Virus record (IMG/VR): IMGVR_UViG_3300045988_151594
Strand: one strand, 5' to 3'
DNA length: 52,993 bases
Source of the DNA: a virus
Part shown: positions 25,292-35,972 of the stretch, piece after piece
How the letters are laid out: each line of letters starts with the position of its first letter
How positions within the stretch are numbered: the stretch's first letter is position 1
The notes under the pieces: generated by a model
The model's input: only the letters and a program-made list of their open reading frames with translations
Told to the model about the DNA's origin: nothing
The model's database searches: none
Made by a program: the position numbers and the translations under genes

Positions 25292-27705
25292 TGATAACAC
25301 TAAAAATAGTTGATAGAAATAATAAAAAAACAGATATAACACAGTTAGTAGAAAAAGTTACTTGGAGTGGAGATTATAAACAAGCATCAAGAAAGCTAGA
25401 ATTTTCAATAATTTCAAATAAATACGATAAAAAAATACCAATAGTCGACATTAAAGAAGGCTACATGGTATTTTTTTATGAGAATAAAAAAGAATTGTTC
25501 AGAGGATTTATATACAGTATAGAAAAAACTACTGATACTACAAGCTACATGGCTTATGACCATGCACAAAAACTAGTTAATATTAAAGTTAATTACAACT
25601 TCAAGAACAAGACTGCTAGTCAAATAACTACTCAAATGCTAGATGATTATTCAAAATATGGACTTAAAAAAGGAAGCATTGTAAGTGATGGTGTTTCATG
25701 GAGCAAAGTATTTATAGGAGTAAGCATGTATGACACTATAATGAGTGCTTATACAAATTCTCATGCTAGTAATGGCAAAGAATATATGTGCTATGCTAAG
25801 GAAGGTGAGATATGCACAGCCCTAAAAGGAGATATAAAGTTAGATGTTCAATTCAAAGAAAAAGAAAATATAATATCAACAACTTATAAATCTAGTATAG
25901 AGAATGTAGTAAATAGAGTAATTATAGTAGATGACTCAGGAAATAAAATAGGAGAAGAAAAGAATAGTAATTCAATAGATTTGTATGGATTATTTCAAGA
26001 AGTTGTAAAAGCTGAAAGCCAAACATCAGAAACTACACAATCAGCAACATCTGAAATATCAACAATGACAGTTTCCGCTTCTACATCTTCAACTACTAAA
26101 AACAACTCTTTTTCATTAAATACTACTAATTCAATAGCAAAATCTATATTTGATTTCTGTATAGGCAAAGGTTGCACTCCACAGGTTGCAGCTGCAATAG
26201 TAGCTAATGCAGAATGTGAAAGCTCATTCAATACAAGTTCTGTTAATAGTATAGGAGCTAGTGGATTATTGCAATGGCTGGGAGGAAGATTAACAAGTCT
26301 TAAAAGAAAAGCTTCTAAAAAGGGAGTAAGTTGGACTAATCTTAACCTTCAATTAGAGCATATGTGGGATGAACTTAGTGGCGAAGAAAGTACTACTGTA
26401 GCTTTACTTAATAGTAGAGTTGGTGGATTAAGTAAATTTATGAAATTAACAGATCCATACAAAGCAGGCTATGAATTCGGTAAATGTTTTGAACGTGGTG
26501 GATATAATGAAAAAAGAGGTAATACAGCTAAGAATTGGTACTCAAAGGTTGTTGTTGGAGGTAAAAAAATATCAAATTCAAATACATCAACAGATGTAAC
26601 CGACAATAACCAAACAACAACTACTACAGTTATAGATTTAGAAAGTGCTAGAAAAGAAGCAAAGAAAAAATTAAACGATAGAGAAAGAAGTGCATCTTTG
26701 GATGGATATGGAGATACCACTTGTATTACTGGATATGGTGTGACTGTTACAGACTCATCAACAGGATTAAAAGGACTATTTTATATAGATACAGACTCTC
26801 ATACTTGGGAAAATGGAGAATATAAAATAGCGCTTAATCTTAATTATAAAAACTTAATGAACGAAGTTGAAGCAGGAGAAGATGAAGAAAAACAAGAAAC
26901 AACATACAATGATAATAATTACAATGATGGAGAAAAAGTATTAAATGGCAAGAAAGTAAAAGCTATTTTTACTGCATATTGGCCAGGACCTGGAATAGAA
27001 GGTGGAATATATCAAAGCATGGGTGGAAAATTAGACCCTAGCAAACGTACATGCGCTGCACCTAAGAGTATTCCATTCAGAACAAAAATACAACCAAGTG
27101 GTACGGGAAGTTTTATAGATGGTAAAACTTATACTGTAACCGACAGAGGTGGGAAAATCGTAGTTAAAAATGGTGTATATCACATAGATATATTAATGAG
27201 AACTGACAAAGAATGTAGAGCCTTTGGCATTAAACATGGATATATCATAATAGGAGATGGAACTGGGTACAAAGAAGTCCCAGCTACTTCAAATTTACCT
27301 TTAAATAAAAAACAGGAAAAATTAATTTCTGTTGCAAAAGCTAAACTTGGAACACCTTATGTATGGGGTGCTCCAATAAATTCTACGACATCATTTGACT
27401 GTTCATCATTTACTCGCTATGTGTATAAAACGGCATTAGGAATAACATTGCAAAGAACTTCTAATGTACAAGGCGAACAAGGTAAAAAGATAACAAGCAC
27501 ATCACAATTACAAGCTGGAGATTTAATTTACTTTAATACTTATTCAACAGATAGAGCAAATGGAATAACTCATGTTGGTATGTATATAGGAAATGGGCAA
27601 ATGATACATGCTTCATATAGTTACAAGAAAGTCATGATAGTTAATTTGAAATCATACTTATCTTACAGAGGAACAAAATTTATATGGGCAAGAAGACATA
27701 TATAA
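25291..27705 (+). CDS. Baseplate hub / tail-associated lysin (XkdQ-like N-terminus + tail lysozyme + 3D domain + NlpC/P60)
   Basis: 'AAAIVANAECESSFNTSSVNSIGASGLLQW' (phage tail lysozyme). 'YTVTDRGGKIV...HIDILM' (3D/DPBB). 'GTPYVWGAPINSTTSFDCSSFTRYVY...HVGMYIGNGQMIHAS' (NlpC/P60). Confidence 0.8.
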   Translation: MITLKIVDRNNKKTDITQLVEKVTWSGDYKQASRKLEFSIISNKYDKKIPIVDIKEGYMVFFYENKKELFRGFIYSIEKTTDTTSYMAYDHAQKLVNIKVNYNFKNKTASQITTQMLDDYSKYGLKKGSIVSDGVSWSKVFIGVSMYDTIMSAYTNSHASNGKEYMCYAKEGEICTALKGDIKLDVQFKEKENIISTTYKSSIENVVNRVIIVDDSGNKIGEEKNSNSIDLYGLFQEVVKAESQTSETTQSATSEISTMTVSASTSSTTKNNSFSLNTTNSIAKSIFDFCIGKGCTPQVAAAIVANAECESSFNTSSVNSIGASGLLQWLGGRLTSLKRKASKKGVSWTNLNLQLEHMWDELSGEESTTVALLNSRVGGLSKFMKLTDPYKAGYEFGKCFERGGYNEKRGNTAKNWYSKVVVGGKKISNSNTSTDVTDNNQTTTTTVIDLESARKEAKKKLNDRERSASLDGYGDTTCITGYGVTVTDSSTGLKGLFYIDTDSHTWENGEYKIALNLNYKNLMNEVEAGEDEEKQETTYNDNNYNDGEKVLNGKKVKAIFTAYWPGPGIEGGIYQSMGGKLDPSKRTCAAPKSIPFRTKIQPSGTGSFIDGKTYTVTDRGGKIVVKNGVYHIDILMRTDKECRAFGIKHGYIIIGDGTGYKEVPATSNLPLNKKQEKLISVAKAKLGTPYVWGAPINSTTSFDCSSFTRYVYKTALGITLQRTSNVQGEQGKKITSTSQLQAGDLIYFNTYSTDRANGITHVGMYIGNGQMIHASYSYKKVMIVNLKSYLSYRGTKFIWARRHI

Positions 27706-27717
27706 GGTGGTGATCTA

Positions 27718-28128
27718 ATGGAAAAAAATCCTTACAATGAATTTCTATCTATAATTAAAGAAACTTCTAAAAGTAATATAACAGAAAATAAATTATTGAA
27801 TATAGGAATTGTTGTATCACCTCTTCCAGATTTAATAATTAAAACATCTGAAATAGAATTAGATAAAGATAATCTCATGATAGATAAATGGCTCTTAGAT
27901 AGACATAAGGAAACACAAACATATACAAAAGGAGAACATACTCATAGTGGGGGAGGCCATGCAACAGGAGAAGGTGGAGGAGATGGAACGCATACTCATA
28001 CAGGAGGAGGACACTCTCATAAATCTAAAGATTATGTAAACAAGCTGAATATTGGTGATAAAGTTGTAATGCTTAGAGAAGATGATATTTTTTATATTAT
28101 ATCAAAGGTGGTGAGCATAGATGGATGA
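27718..28128 (+). CDS. XkdR-like small baseplate/spike protein with a His/Gly-rich insert
   Basis: Synteny plus the segment 'HTHSGGGHATGEGGGDGTHTHTGGGHSH' (27937-28020). Confidence 0.6.
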   Translation: MEKNPYNEFLSIIKETSKSNITENKLLNIGIVVSPLPDLIIKTSEIELDKDNLMIDKWLLDRHKETQTYTKGEHTHSGGGHATGEGGGDGTHTHTGGGHSHKSKDYVNKLNIGDKVVMLREDDIFYIISKVVSIDG

Positions 28129-28582
28129 AGAATACAATGATAGTTTTTATCCCTTTATTGACTACATTACTGAAAGTGTATCAGACATAGAATTAGAAGA
28201 AGATGACACATTGCCTTTGTATAGAGAAATAGCATGGGATTTCAAGAATGAACATCCTCTTGTTGTTAACAATGAATTTAAGATAGTAGAGGAAAATGAA
28301 GCTATATGTGTATGGATATGGCACGCTATAAAAACATTTAGATATTATTTTTCAATATATTCATGGGATTTTGGATGTGAAATAGATACATTGCTAGGAC
28401 AAAATTATACTCCTGAACTTACTAAAATGGAGGTTACTAGATATATAGAAGAAGCATTATTGATAAATCCTTATATATTAGAAATAAATAAACTTGAAGT
28501 AGATTTTGATGGAGATACATTACAAGTAGATATGAGAGCAATAACAATTTATGAAGAATTGGAGGTGAATTTTGTTGTTTAG
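28121..28582 (+). CDS. XkdS-like (gp25/W-like) baseplate protein
   Basis: 153 aa, overlapping both neighbours. The call rests on synteny with the PBSX baseplate. Confidence 0.6.
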   Translation: MDEEYNDSFYPFIDYITESVSDIELEEDDTLPLYREIAWDFKNEHPLVVNNEFKIVEENEAICVWIWHAIKTFRYYFSIYSWDFGCEIDTLLGQNYTPELTKMEVTRYIEEALLINPYILEINKLEVDFDGDTLQVDMRAITIYEELEVNFVV

Positions 28583-29627
28583 CGAGCAAACATATGAAGC
28601 CTTAATTGAAAGAATTTTGGAAAATACAAGTGCTAATAATTTAGATACTAGAGAAGGTTCAGTATCATTTAACTTATTAGCACCATTAGCTGAGGAATTA
28701 GCGAAAGCTTATATTTCTATGGGCGATATACTTAATTTAGCATTTATAGAAGATACTTTTGACGACTATTTGGATAAAAGAGTTAATGAATTTGGGGTAT
28801 ACAGAAAAGACGGAGAAAAAGCAACTGGAGCTATAAAGGTTACTGGATTAGATGATACTTTTATAGGTAACAGTACAATAATTACATCTAATGGATTAGA
28901 ATATATAGTATTAAACGATATACTTTTACCAAATGAAGATACTCTATACGTAGAAGCGACAGAAATAGGATATAAATATAATTTACCAGCTGGGTCCACT
29001 TTTGAATTTGCAGAGCATATAGGTGGAGTTACTTCATTAACTAATGAAACTGCATTTGAAAATGGCGTAGATACTGAAACAGACGAAGAACTTAAGGAAA
29101 GATTTAAATATATAATTCAAAATCCAAGGACATCAGGAAATGTTAATGATTATAAAGCATGGGCATTAGAGTGTGACGGAGTAGGAAGAGTAAAAGTATA
29201 TCCTCTTTGGAATGGCAATGGAACAGTAAAAGTGCTTATTATAGGTAATGACAATCTTCCATGTAGCGAAGAAACTGTAAATACAGTTATATCATATATA
29301 GAAGAAAAAAGACCAATAGGAGCAACTGTAACAGTTGATACTCCACAGTTATTAAAATTAACATTTGATATTAAAATAAAACTAGATAGTGCTTATTCGT
29401 TAGATGATACAAAGGAACAAATATCAACAGTCTTATCAGATTATGTGAATAATTTGGAAGATGAAGATATTATATATTATAAAGCATTATCAGTAGTTGG
29501 TGATTTAGAGGCTGTAGATGATATAGTAGCATATACAATAAATAGCAAGCAAGAAAATATACCTGTCGGAGATTATTATATTCCTGTTATAGATACAATT
29601 ACAATTTCGGTGAGCGAGGTGGTTTAG
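28572..29627 (+). CDS. Baseplate J-like protein (XkdT-like)
   Basis: 351 aa. 'YEALIERILENTSANNLDTREGSVSFNLLAPLAEELA' is typical of the Baseplate_J N-terminus. Confidence 0.8.
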   Translation: MLFSEQTYEALIERILENTSANNLDTREGSVSFNLLAPLAEELAKAYISMGDILNLAFIEDTFDDYLDKRVNEFGVYRKDGEKATGAIKVTGLDDTFIGNSTIITSNGLEYIVLNDILLPNEDTLYVEATEIGYKYNLPAGSTFEFAEHIGGVTSLTNETAFENGVDTETDEELKERFKYIIQNPRTSGNVNDYKAWALECDGVGRVKVYPLWNGNGTVKVLIIGNDNLPCSEETVNTVISYIEEKRPIGATVTVDTPQLLKLTFDIKIKLDSAYSLDDTKEQISTVLSDYVNNLEDEDIIYYKALSVVGDLEAVDDIVAYTINSKQENIPVGDYYIPVIDTITISVSEVV

Positions 29628-30422
29628 TTGGATTTAATTGATAAACTACCTTATTTTTATGACAATGGATATACTAGGCCTATTATAGAAGCTGAACAAA
29701 AAGAAAGAGATATATTAGTTGAAGAAATAGAAGATGTATTAAGACAAATGTATGTTTTAACTGCAACTTGGGGATTAGATTATTGGGAAAATATGCTATA
29801 TTTACCACGAGGCATAGGAAAAACATATGAAGAAAGAAGAAGTATAATTTTAACTAAAATGAGGGGTAGCAAAACAACTACTATCGAAGTAGTAAAGCAA
29901 CTTGCATACTCCTTTTTTGATGTTGAAAATGTAACAGTTGAAGAAGATAATGCACATTACATTTTTAATATTACTTTAGAAAATGCAAAATTTGAAAGTA
30001 GTAATTTTTCAGACCTTATTAATGCAATTGAACTATATAAACCAGCTCACCTTAATTACTCATTTACTTTTGCTTCAAAGGGAACTGTAGTAATTAATAG
30101 TAGCCAGAGAATAGCATTATCTAAGTTGCCAGAGTGCAATACATTTAGAGTAGGTACTTGGTGGAAATCTTATTCAGACGGATATGGCAATATAGGAAAA
30201 GTAATACAAGCAAGAACTTATGATGGATATAGCAATTTACCTATTTGTGGATTATATAAAAATATAATAAAAATGTCAAAAGAGGAATTTGAATTAATAC
30301 ATAATCCAAGTAAAAATAATATTGTTGATTATGCTTTTGTTGATTATGCTATTGTAACAGAAACAGAAAGTATAAGTTCTAAAATAGGCGAATTAAAGAT
30401 AGGATATAGCAAAATTTTATAA
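29628..30422 (+). CDS. XkdU-like (gpI-like) baseplate/tail-fibre adaptor protein
   Basis: 'LIDKLPYFYDNGYTRPIIEAEQKERD...TATWGLDYWENML' is typical of the DUF2313/XkdU family. Confidence 0.7.
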   Translation: MDLIDKLPYFYDNGYTRPIIEAEQKERDILVEEIEDVLRQMYVLTATWGLDYWENMLYLPRGIGKTYEERRSIILTKMRGSKTTTIEVVKQLAYSFFDVENVTVEEDNAHYIFNITLENAKFESSNFSDLINAIELYKPAHLNYSFTFASKGTVVINSSQRIALSKLPECNTFRVGTWWKSYSDGYGNIGKVIQARTYDGYSNLPICGLYKNIIKMSKEEFELIHNPSKNNIVDYAFVDYAIVTETESISSKIGELKIGYSKIL

Positions 30423-30440
30423 CTGAAAGAAGGTGAATAT

Positions 30441-33400
30441 ATGGCATATAAAAAGAAAGTATGGAAAACCGGCGATATTATGAAACAAGAAGATATTAAT
30501 AATATTGAAAATGGAATATATGAAGCACATCAAGAATTGCAGAATCTGCATAATTATGATGACACAGAGATAAAAAATATAATAGGATCTGGAACATTAT
30601 CTACATTAGCAAAAGATTTAAAAGGTGCAATAAATGAGGTTTTTCAATCTGCCAGTAATGGTAAAACTTTAATTGCTCAAGCTATTACTGGCAAAGGAGT
30701 AACAACAAGTAATACAGATACGTTTCAAACGATGGCTACTAATATAAGCTTGATAAGTGGAAAGATTACTGGAAAAATATTAACACTTGATAATAAAAAA
30801 TATACATTATCTGAGGATGATAATGGGAATATAACTGCTACAATAATCAAATTTAGTATAACTAATAAATTAACTAATGTAAGTAATAATAACTCTGCAA
30901 TACAAGTAGATTATGGGAACAGTTACTCTGCTACTATAACTGCTAATAGTGGGTATGAAATAAATTCATTAAGCATAACTATGGGTGGGGTTGATATAAC
31001 TTCTACCGCATATTCAAATGGGCAAATTAATATAAATTCTGTCACTGGAAATATAATTATTACAGTAACAGCTAGTGTAACTATTGATATATCAGGAAGT
31101 TTTGGATATATACTTGGTGCTATAACAGAATGGGAAGTAATTGGAGATAGTATAACAGATGAAGGTATGCTACCATTGACTAAATATCCAACAATCTTAA
31201 AAAATCAATATACTAATATATCAACTGTAAACAATTGCGCTAAAAGTGGAGCACATATAACTAATAAAACAACAGGATATAAAACATTTTCAACATTAAT
31301 AGATGAAGGGTTAAGTGGGGCTTCTGCTAATGCAGGTCTAGTGACTATATTTGGTGGTGTCAATGATTATTTGCAAAATTGTGATATAGGTACAACTAAT
31401 GATACAGAAGATACTACATTTTATGGGGCATGCAAAAAACTTATAGAAAAAATCAAAAATAAATTTGCACAAGCTGAAATCATATGGATAATACCACTTA
31501 ACATGACAAACGGTACATTTAACACTAACTCAAATGGAATTAATAATGCTGGTAACACATTGGACGATTATAGAACTGCTATTAAAAATGTATGTACTAC
31601 TAACAATATTAAAATAATAGATGTACATGAAGATAGCGACTTGCAACCAAGTACATTAAGCAGTGACGGTCTACATCCAACAGCTGACGGACAAGGATTA
31701 CTAGCAAGTAAGTTTAGAAAATATATTCCATACATTCCAGCACAACCAACTACAGAATTAACAGTAAGTAATATTGCAGATATAACAACAGTAGAAAAAA
31801 TCACTTTTAACATAGTTTATTCAACATCAAAATCAGTTATAAAACATGAAGTATCTTGGGATGGTGGAAATACATATTATGATAAAACAAGTGATGTAAC
31901 ATCCAACAATTTAACTTATACGTTTACACATGACGCCAATGCAAGTGCAGGAACTTATAATATGGCTATAAGAGTAACTACAAGTGACGGTGAAATAGCT
32001 ACAAGTAATATATTTACATTAACGGTAATAGCAAGTCCTACACAAGATACTTATACTAATGCGGTAATATCAGATTTCAAAACAGTAGGTAAAGTGGATG
32101 ATTTAATCATAGACAGTAATTCCAATTTAACTGCATCATCTGTTGGACAGTGGGGTATGTGTTATTTAAATAAAAATATATCTAAATTAAAATTCACATT
32201 AAGACCAAATGTTGCAGACTATGCGTGTTTATGCTGGTATATATATAATGATAACGGCGATGGTACTTATAATATGATAGCATTAGGAATAGGAAGTGAC
32301 CATGGACAAGAATTCAAAATGACAATACCAGGAACAGGCGTTTCAAAAATAGCAAAATTAACATTACCTGATATAAATAAAAATGACATATTAATCGTAG
32401 AATATAATGGAACTTCACAAAAAATTACAAAAGAAGATGGAACAGTTTTAATTACATTAGAAGGTAATATGAGCGGTTGGTGTGGACAATCTTCTAGTTC
32501 AATACCATTTTGCTCTAATGTAAAATATATTGAAAAAGAAAATACTGATACGGTTTTATTAGATTCTAATGGTGCATATATTGTAGATGATTTTTCAAGC
32601 AATATAGTAGATCCGAGTAAATGGTCTTATGAACTAGGATATGTTAGGAATAGTGAAACACAAAATTATGTAAATACTAATGCAATAATTAATGATGGTA
32701 TTTTAGAATTAAGAGGTTTGAAGGATAGTAGTGGGAATTGGACTTCATCTTCTATTATATCAAAAGGTCATTTTGCATTTATGTATGGAAAAATAGAGGC
32801 ACGTGTTAAATTATGTAACTTAAATGGAGCATTTGGAGCGTTTTGGACTTTAGGAGATAGTTTCGAATTTGGTTATAAAGAAAATGCTAGCCCGGATACT
32901 TTGGGTGAATGGTGGGCTTACTGTGGTGAATTTGACATAGTTGAATTTTATAATAAAAAATTAACTTGTGGTGTATTCTTTAATCAAAAGGAAGAAAGTG
33001 GCCGTGTATGGTATGACAATTATGCTACGGGTGATTGGCATATATTTGCAATGGAATGGGCAACAGATGGTAGCTTGAAATTTACTATTGACGGTAATGT
33101 GCTATCTACAACTAGTGCTACTGATAACAGAGCATTCCATATACCACACTTCATTTTACTTAATCAAGCAATTGGTGCTAGTGGTGGTACTCCTGATAGT
33201 AGTACAACTGAAATAACTCAATATGTTGATTGGGTTAAATATTATCCTTTAAGTACAGAAAATGTAGTACTTAATAGTAGTGATTTCACAATTCAAGCAA
33301 CAGATTTTAATGAAAATAATTGTGTAGTTAGAGCAACGTTTAATGACAACTGTATCAACAAAGCTTTAAGCTGGGAATCAAATAATGAAAGTGTTATTAC

Positions 33401-33524
33401 TGTTCATAGTGGATTTTGTGTTGCAGCTAGTTCAAGTGGTTCAGCTACTATCACAGCAACTTCTAAGAGCGGTGTTTCAAAGAGTATAACATTAAATGTC
33501 AGCAATAACGCTATATCACATTAG
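30441..33524 (+). CDS. Tail fibre / receptor-binding protein 1 with SGNH hydrolase, GH16-like and Big_2-like domains
   Basis: N-terminus 'MAYKKKVWKTGDIMKQEDINNIENGI' (XkdV-like). SGNH blocks 'VIGDSITDEG', 'GGVNDY', 'DGLHPT'. GH16 'GEFDIVEF' (ExDxxE). C-terminal 'SGSATITATSKSGVSKSITLNV'. Confidence 0.8.
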   Translation: MAYKKKVWKTGDIMKQEDINNIENGIYEAHQELQNLHNYDDTEIKNIIGSGTLSTLAKDLKGAINEVFQSASNGKTLIAQAITGKGVTTSNTDTFQTMATNISLISGKITGKILTLDNKKYTLSEDDNGNITATIIKFSITNKLTNVSNNNSAIQVDYGNSYSATITANSGYEINSLSITMGGVDITSTAYSNGQININSVTGNIIITVTASVTIDISGSFGYILGAITEWEVIGDSITDEGMLPLTKYPTILKNQYTNISTVNNCAKSGAHITNKTTGYKTFSTLIDEGLSGASANAGLVTIFGGVNDYLQNCDIGTTNDTEDTTFYGACKKLIEKIKNKFAQAEIIWIIPLNMTNGTFNTNSNGINNAGNTLDDYRTAIKNVCTTNNIKIIDVHEDSDLQPSTLSSDGLHPTADGQGLLASKFRKYIPYIPAQPTTELTVSNIADITTVEKITFNIVYSTSKSVIKHEVSWDGGNTYYDKTSDVTSNNLTYTFTHDANASAGTYNMAIRVTTSDGEIATSNIFTLTVIASPTQDTYTNAVISDFKTVGKVDDLIIDSNSNLTASSVGQWGMCYLNKNISKLKFTLRPNVADYACLCWYIYNDNGDGTYNMIALGIGSDHGQEFKMTIPGTGVSKIAKLTLPDINKNDILIVEYNGTSQKITKEDGTVLITLEGNMSGWCGQSSSSIPFCSNVKYIEKENTDTVLLDSNGAYIVDDFSSNIVDPSKWSYELGYVRNSETQNYVNTNAIINDGILELRGLKDSSGNWTSSSIISKGHFAFMYGKIEARVKLCNLNGAFGAFWTLGDSFEFGYKENASPDTLGEWWAYCGEFDIVEFYNKKLTCGVFFNQKEESGRVWYDNYATGDWHIFAMEWATDGSLKFTIDGNVLSTTSATDNRAFHIPHFILLNQAIGASGGTPDSSTTEITQYVDWVKYYPLSTENVVLNSSDFTIQATDFNENNCVVRATFNDNCINKALSWESNNESVITVHSGFCVAASSSGSATITATSKSGVSKSITLNVSNNAISH

Positions 33525-33536
33525 GAGGTGATAAAC

Positions 33537-33836
33537 TTGAGAACTCTTACAGATAAGGCGCTTAATAAATTAGCAAATTATTATATTAGCAAACTGAAAA
33601 ATGTTAAATATACACTTGATGGAGAAGAAAAAGAAATAGATTTTTTTTCTAAAAAAGTAATAGGAAATACTGCTTGTGCTTATGTATTCTTTGATGAGAA
33701 TTACAAAGGAAAAATTACAAATATAAGAGTAATAGATAAAGATGGGGATATAGTAGCACAAGACAAGAAAGTCTATGAAAGAACTACTGATAAGGCATTG
33801 TATATAGCATTTAAGCATGAATTTACGGAGGTGTAA
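33537..33836 (+). CDS. Hypothetical tail-fibre-associated protein
   Basis: TTG 8 nt after 'aggagg'. The track start at 33528 is a GTG inside the RBS. Confidence 0.5.
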   Translation: MRTLTDKALNKLANYYISKLKNVKYTLDGEEKEIDFFSKKVIGNTACAYVFFDENYKGKITNIRVIDKDGDIVAQDKKVYERTTDKALYIAFKHEFTEV

Positions 33837-33839
33837 AAA

Positions 33840-34151
33840 ATGAGTATATATACAAAGAATGAATGGATAGACCATATAGAAGATGTTGATACAGGAGAAG
33901 TATTACAAGTTGGTACTTTGTATTGTGCTAGACTTATGAATCATATGGAAGATGGCATAGAATCAGCACATAGTGAAATGATTGTAATGGAGACAGCTGT
34001 AAAAAATATGCAAACAAAAGTAAAAGTATTAGAAGACAATCTTATAAATAATATGCCACATAACAATTTCTTAGAAGATTTAACTACTCTAGATGATATT
34101 AATATTGTTGATGGGATTTATAGTCCAATTTTAGGTAAGGTTTATTATTAG
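33840..34151 (+). CDS. Hypothetical tail-fibre-associated protein
   Basis: 103-aa ORF packed between tail genes. Confidence 0.5.
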   Translation: MSIYTKNEWIDHIEDVDTGEVLQVGTLYCARLMNHMEDGIESAHSEMIVMETAVKNMQTKVKVLEDNLINNMPHNNFLEDLTTLDDINIVDGIYSPILGKVYY

Positions 34152-34166
34152 AAAGGAAGTGATTGG

Positions 34167-35612
34167 ATGGCAGTAGGTGATATAGTAACTATAGGAGCAT
34201 TACAAGGAACTGATAAATACGGAAATAGCAAAAAATTACAACAAGTTCCAAGTCAAAGTGCGCCCAATTTTCAGGATTATGCATTATACACATTTGTTGG
34301 TAATACAGATAGTAAATATGGTTTTAAATGGATAGAAAGTAAAATTGATGGTAAAACAGTATATATATCTCAAACTTTTGTACTTAAAGATGTATCTTAT
34401 AATGAAGTAATCGAAAGAGCTAATATAAATAAAACTTTAAATATAAATGGTTCATTATATAATTTAAGGCTATTATCAAAGGATGAATTCCAAAATAAAC
34501 TAAGCAGTACTGTATTAGACCAATTGGATTTTTCAATAACGTCTTCTAATCCTCTATATACATTAACATCTACAATATTAAATGGAACTAACGTTATCAA
34601 TATTATATATAATAAAGATAATTATATTCCTTATATAAAAAGTTTATGGGGTGAAAATGATTTTGATCTGTATACCTCTTCAACTGCTAACGGATGTATA
34701 CTTGCATTGGAATTATTAAATAATCCACCTACTATAAGTGGAGAAGATGAAAATTTAGGAAACAAAACAAGTTCATTTAGTATAACTTATTCTATATCAG
34801 ATGAAGATAGTGACCAAGAATTAACAGTAAAAGAAAAATTAAATGGAAGTATCATAAGAACATTAAAAAATCCAACTCAAAATTCAACTTTAACATTTAC
34901 AATAACAGATGAATTATTTGTTTCTCTTAGCATGAATACTACCAATACCATAGAAATAGAAGTTACTGACGGAAGTGCTACTACATATAGAAGATATACA
35001 TTTGTAAAGACTAATTCAGCACCATTTATAACTTATACAGGGCAAGCAGACTTAGGAGAGTTAACAACTAAACCTAGTATTACTTATTCAGTTAAAGATA
35101 ATGAAGGAGATGCAATAACTGTAACTGAAAAATTGAATGGTGAAGTAATAAACCAATTTAGTGCAACTACAAATACAAACTATACAGTAGGAATAACTGA
35201 TACGTTCTGGCTTACTTGTGGATCTAATACAAATACAGTAGAAATAATAGCAAGTGATGCTCTTGGTGGAAGTAGTTCAAAGACTATTACATTTTCCAGA
35301 AAAATAACAAAACTACAAATAGTTATGAAAAATGCAATAGAAACAGATGCAAAAGCAACAAAGATATTAGTATCCCCTCAATGGACCACAACTGGAGGAG
35401 TTGGAAAAGTAGAAGTATGTAACAATGGATTTGACTCTGATCCTACATGGGAAGATGCAACTACTATGGTAGTACTTAATAGACCTCATTTATTTACTAA
35501 TACAAGCAAAACTGCTTCCAAATGGGGAATAAAAATAAGAATAACAGTTACAAAGAATCAAGGATATGATGGAGAAGTTGCAATATTTGGATTTGGAGGT
35601 GCCTATGAGTAA
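34167..35612 (+). CDS. Tail-associated protein with two internal Ig-like repeats of about 100 aa
   Basis: Repeat 1 is 'PPTISGEDENLGNKTSSFSITYSISDEDSDQELTVKEKLNGSIIRTL...'. Repeat 2 is 'APFITYTGQADLGELTTKPSITYSVKDNEGDAITVTEKLNGEVINQF...'. Confidence 0.65.
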   Translation: MAVGDIVTIGALQGTDKYGNSKKLQQVPSQSAPNFQDYALYTFVGNTDSKYGFKWIESKIDGKTVYISQTFVLKDVSYNEVIERANINKTLNINGSLYNLRLLSKDEFQNKLSSTVLDQLDFSITSSNPLYTLTSTILNGTNVINIIYNKDNYIPYIKSLWGENDFDLYTSSTANGCILALELLNNPPTISGEDENLGNKTSSFSITYSISDEDSDQELTVKEKLNGSIIRTLKNPTQNSTLTFTITDELFVSLSMNTTNTIEIEVTDGSATTYRRYTFVKTNSAPFITYTGQADLGELTTKPSITYSVKDNEGDAITVTEKLNGEVINQFSATTNTNYTVGITDTFWLTCGSNTNTVEIIASDALGGSSSKTITFSRKITKLQIVMKNAIETDAKATKILVSPQWTTTGGVGKVEVCNNGFDSDPTWEDATTMVVLNRPHLFTNTSKTASKWGIKIRITVTKNQGYDGEVAIFGFGGAYE

Positions 35613-35767
35613 TGAAAGTATTTCATGAAAAATCATTGATAGAAATAAATAAGGAAAAAGAAGAAAATGGAAAACTAAAAAAGGAAGTTGAAGAATTAAA
35701 ATCAGAATTAGAACTAACTCAAACTGCATTGAATGTTTTATTATTTGGAGAAGAAGGAGGTGAATAA
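35612..35767 (+). CDS. Small coiled-coil protein (51 aa)
   Basis: The ATG overlaps the upstream stop by 1 nt. 'MKVFHEKSLIEINKEKEENGKLKKEVEELKSELELTQTALNVLLFGEEGGE'. Confidence 0.45.
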   Translation: MKVFHEKSLIEINKEKEENGKLKKEVEELKSELELTQTALNVLLFGEEGGE

Positions 35768-35769
35768 GA

Positions 35770-35907
35770 ATGGCTGGATATTTAGCATTACAAATAATGA
35801 AAGGTAACCTTAGTTATGCAAAGGTTATGAGTAAGTTTAGCAAATATAAAGAACGAATAGACATTATATTAGTAGCAGAAGGCAGAGAAGATTTAATAGA
35901 AAATTAA
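35770..35907 (+). CDS. XkdX-position small protein (45 aa)
   Basis: RBS 'aggaggtga' then ATG. 'MAGYLALQIMKGNLSYAKVMSKFSKYKERIDIILVAEGREDLIEN'. It is followed by terminators. Confidence 0.5.
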   Translation: MAGYLALQIMKGNLSYAKVMSKFSKYKERIDIILVAEGREDLIEN

Positions 35908-35930
35908 TCTTCTCTTTTTTATTATCATTT

Positions 35931-35958
35931 AAGAGGATCTTCATAGGTCCTCTTTTTA
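35931..35958 (+). terminator. Intrinsic terminator (second of a tandem pair; the first stem is 35884-35918)
   Basis: 'aagagga-tcttcatagg-tcctctt' followed by 'ttta'. The upstream hairpin 'agagaaga...tcttctct' is followed by 'tttttt'. Confidence 0.65.
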
Positions 35959-35972
35959 TAAGGAGGGATAAA

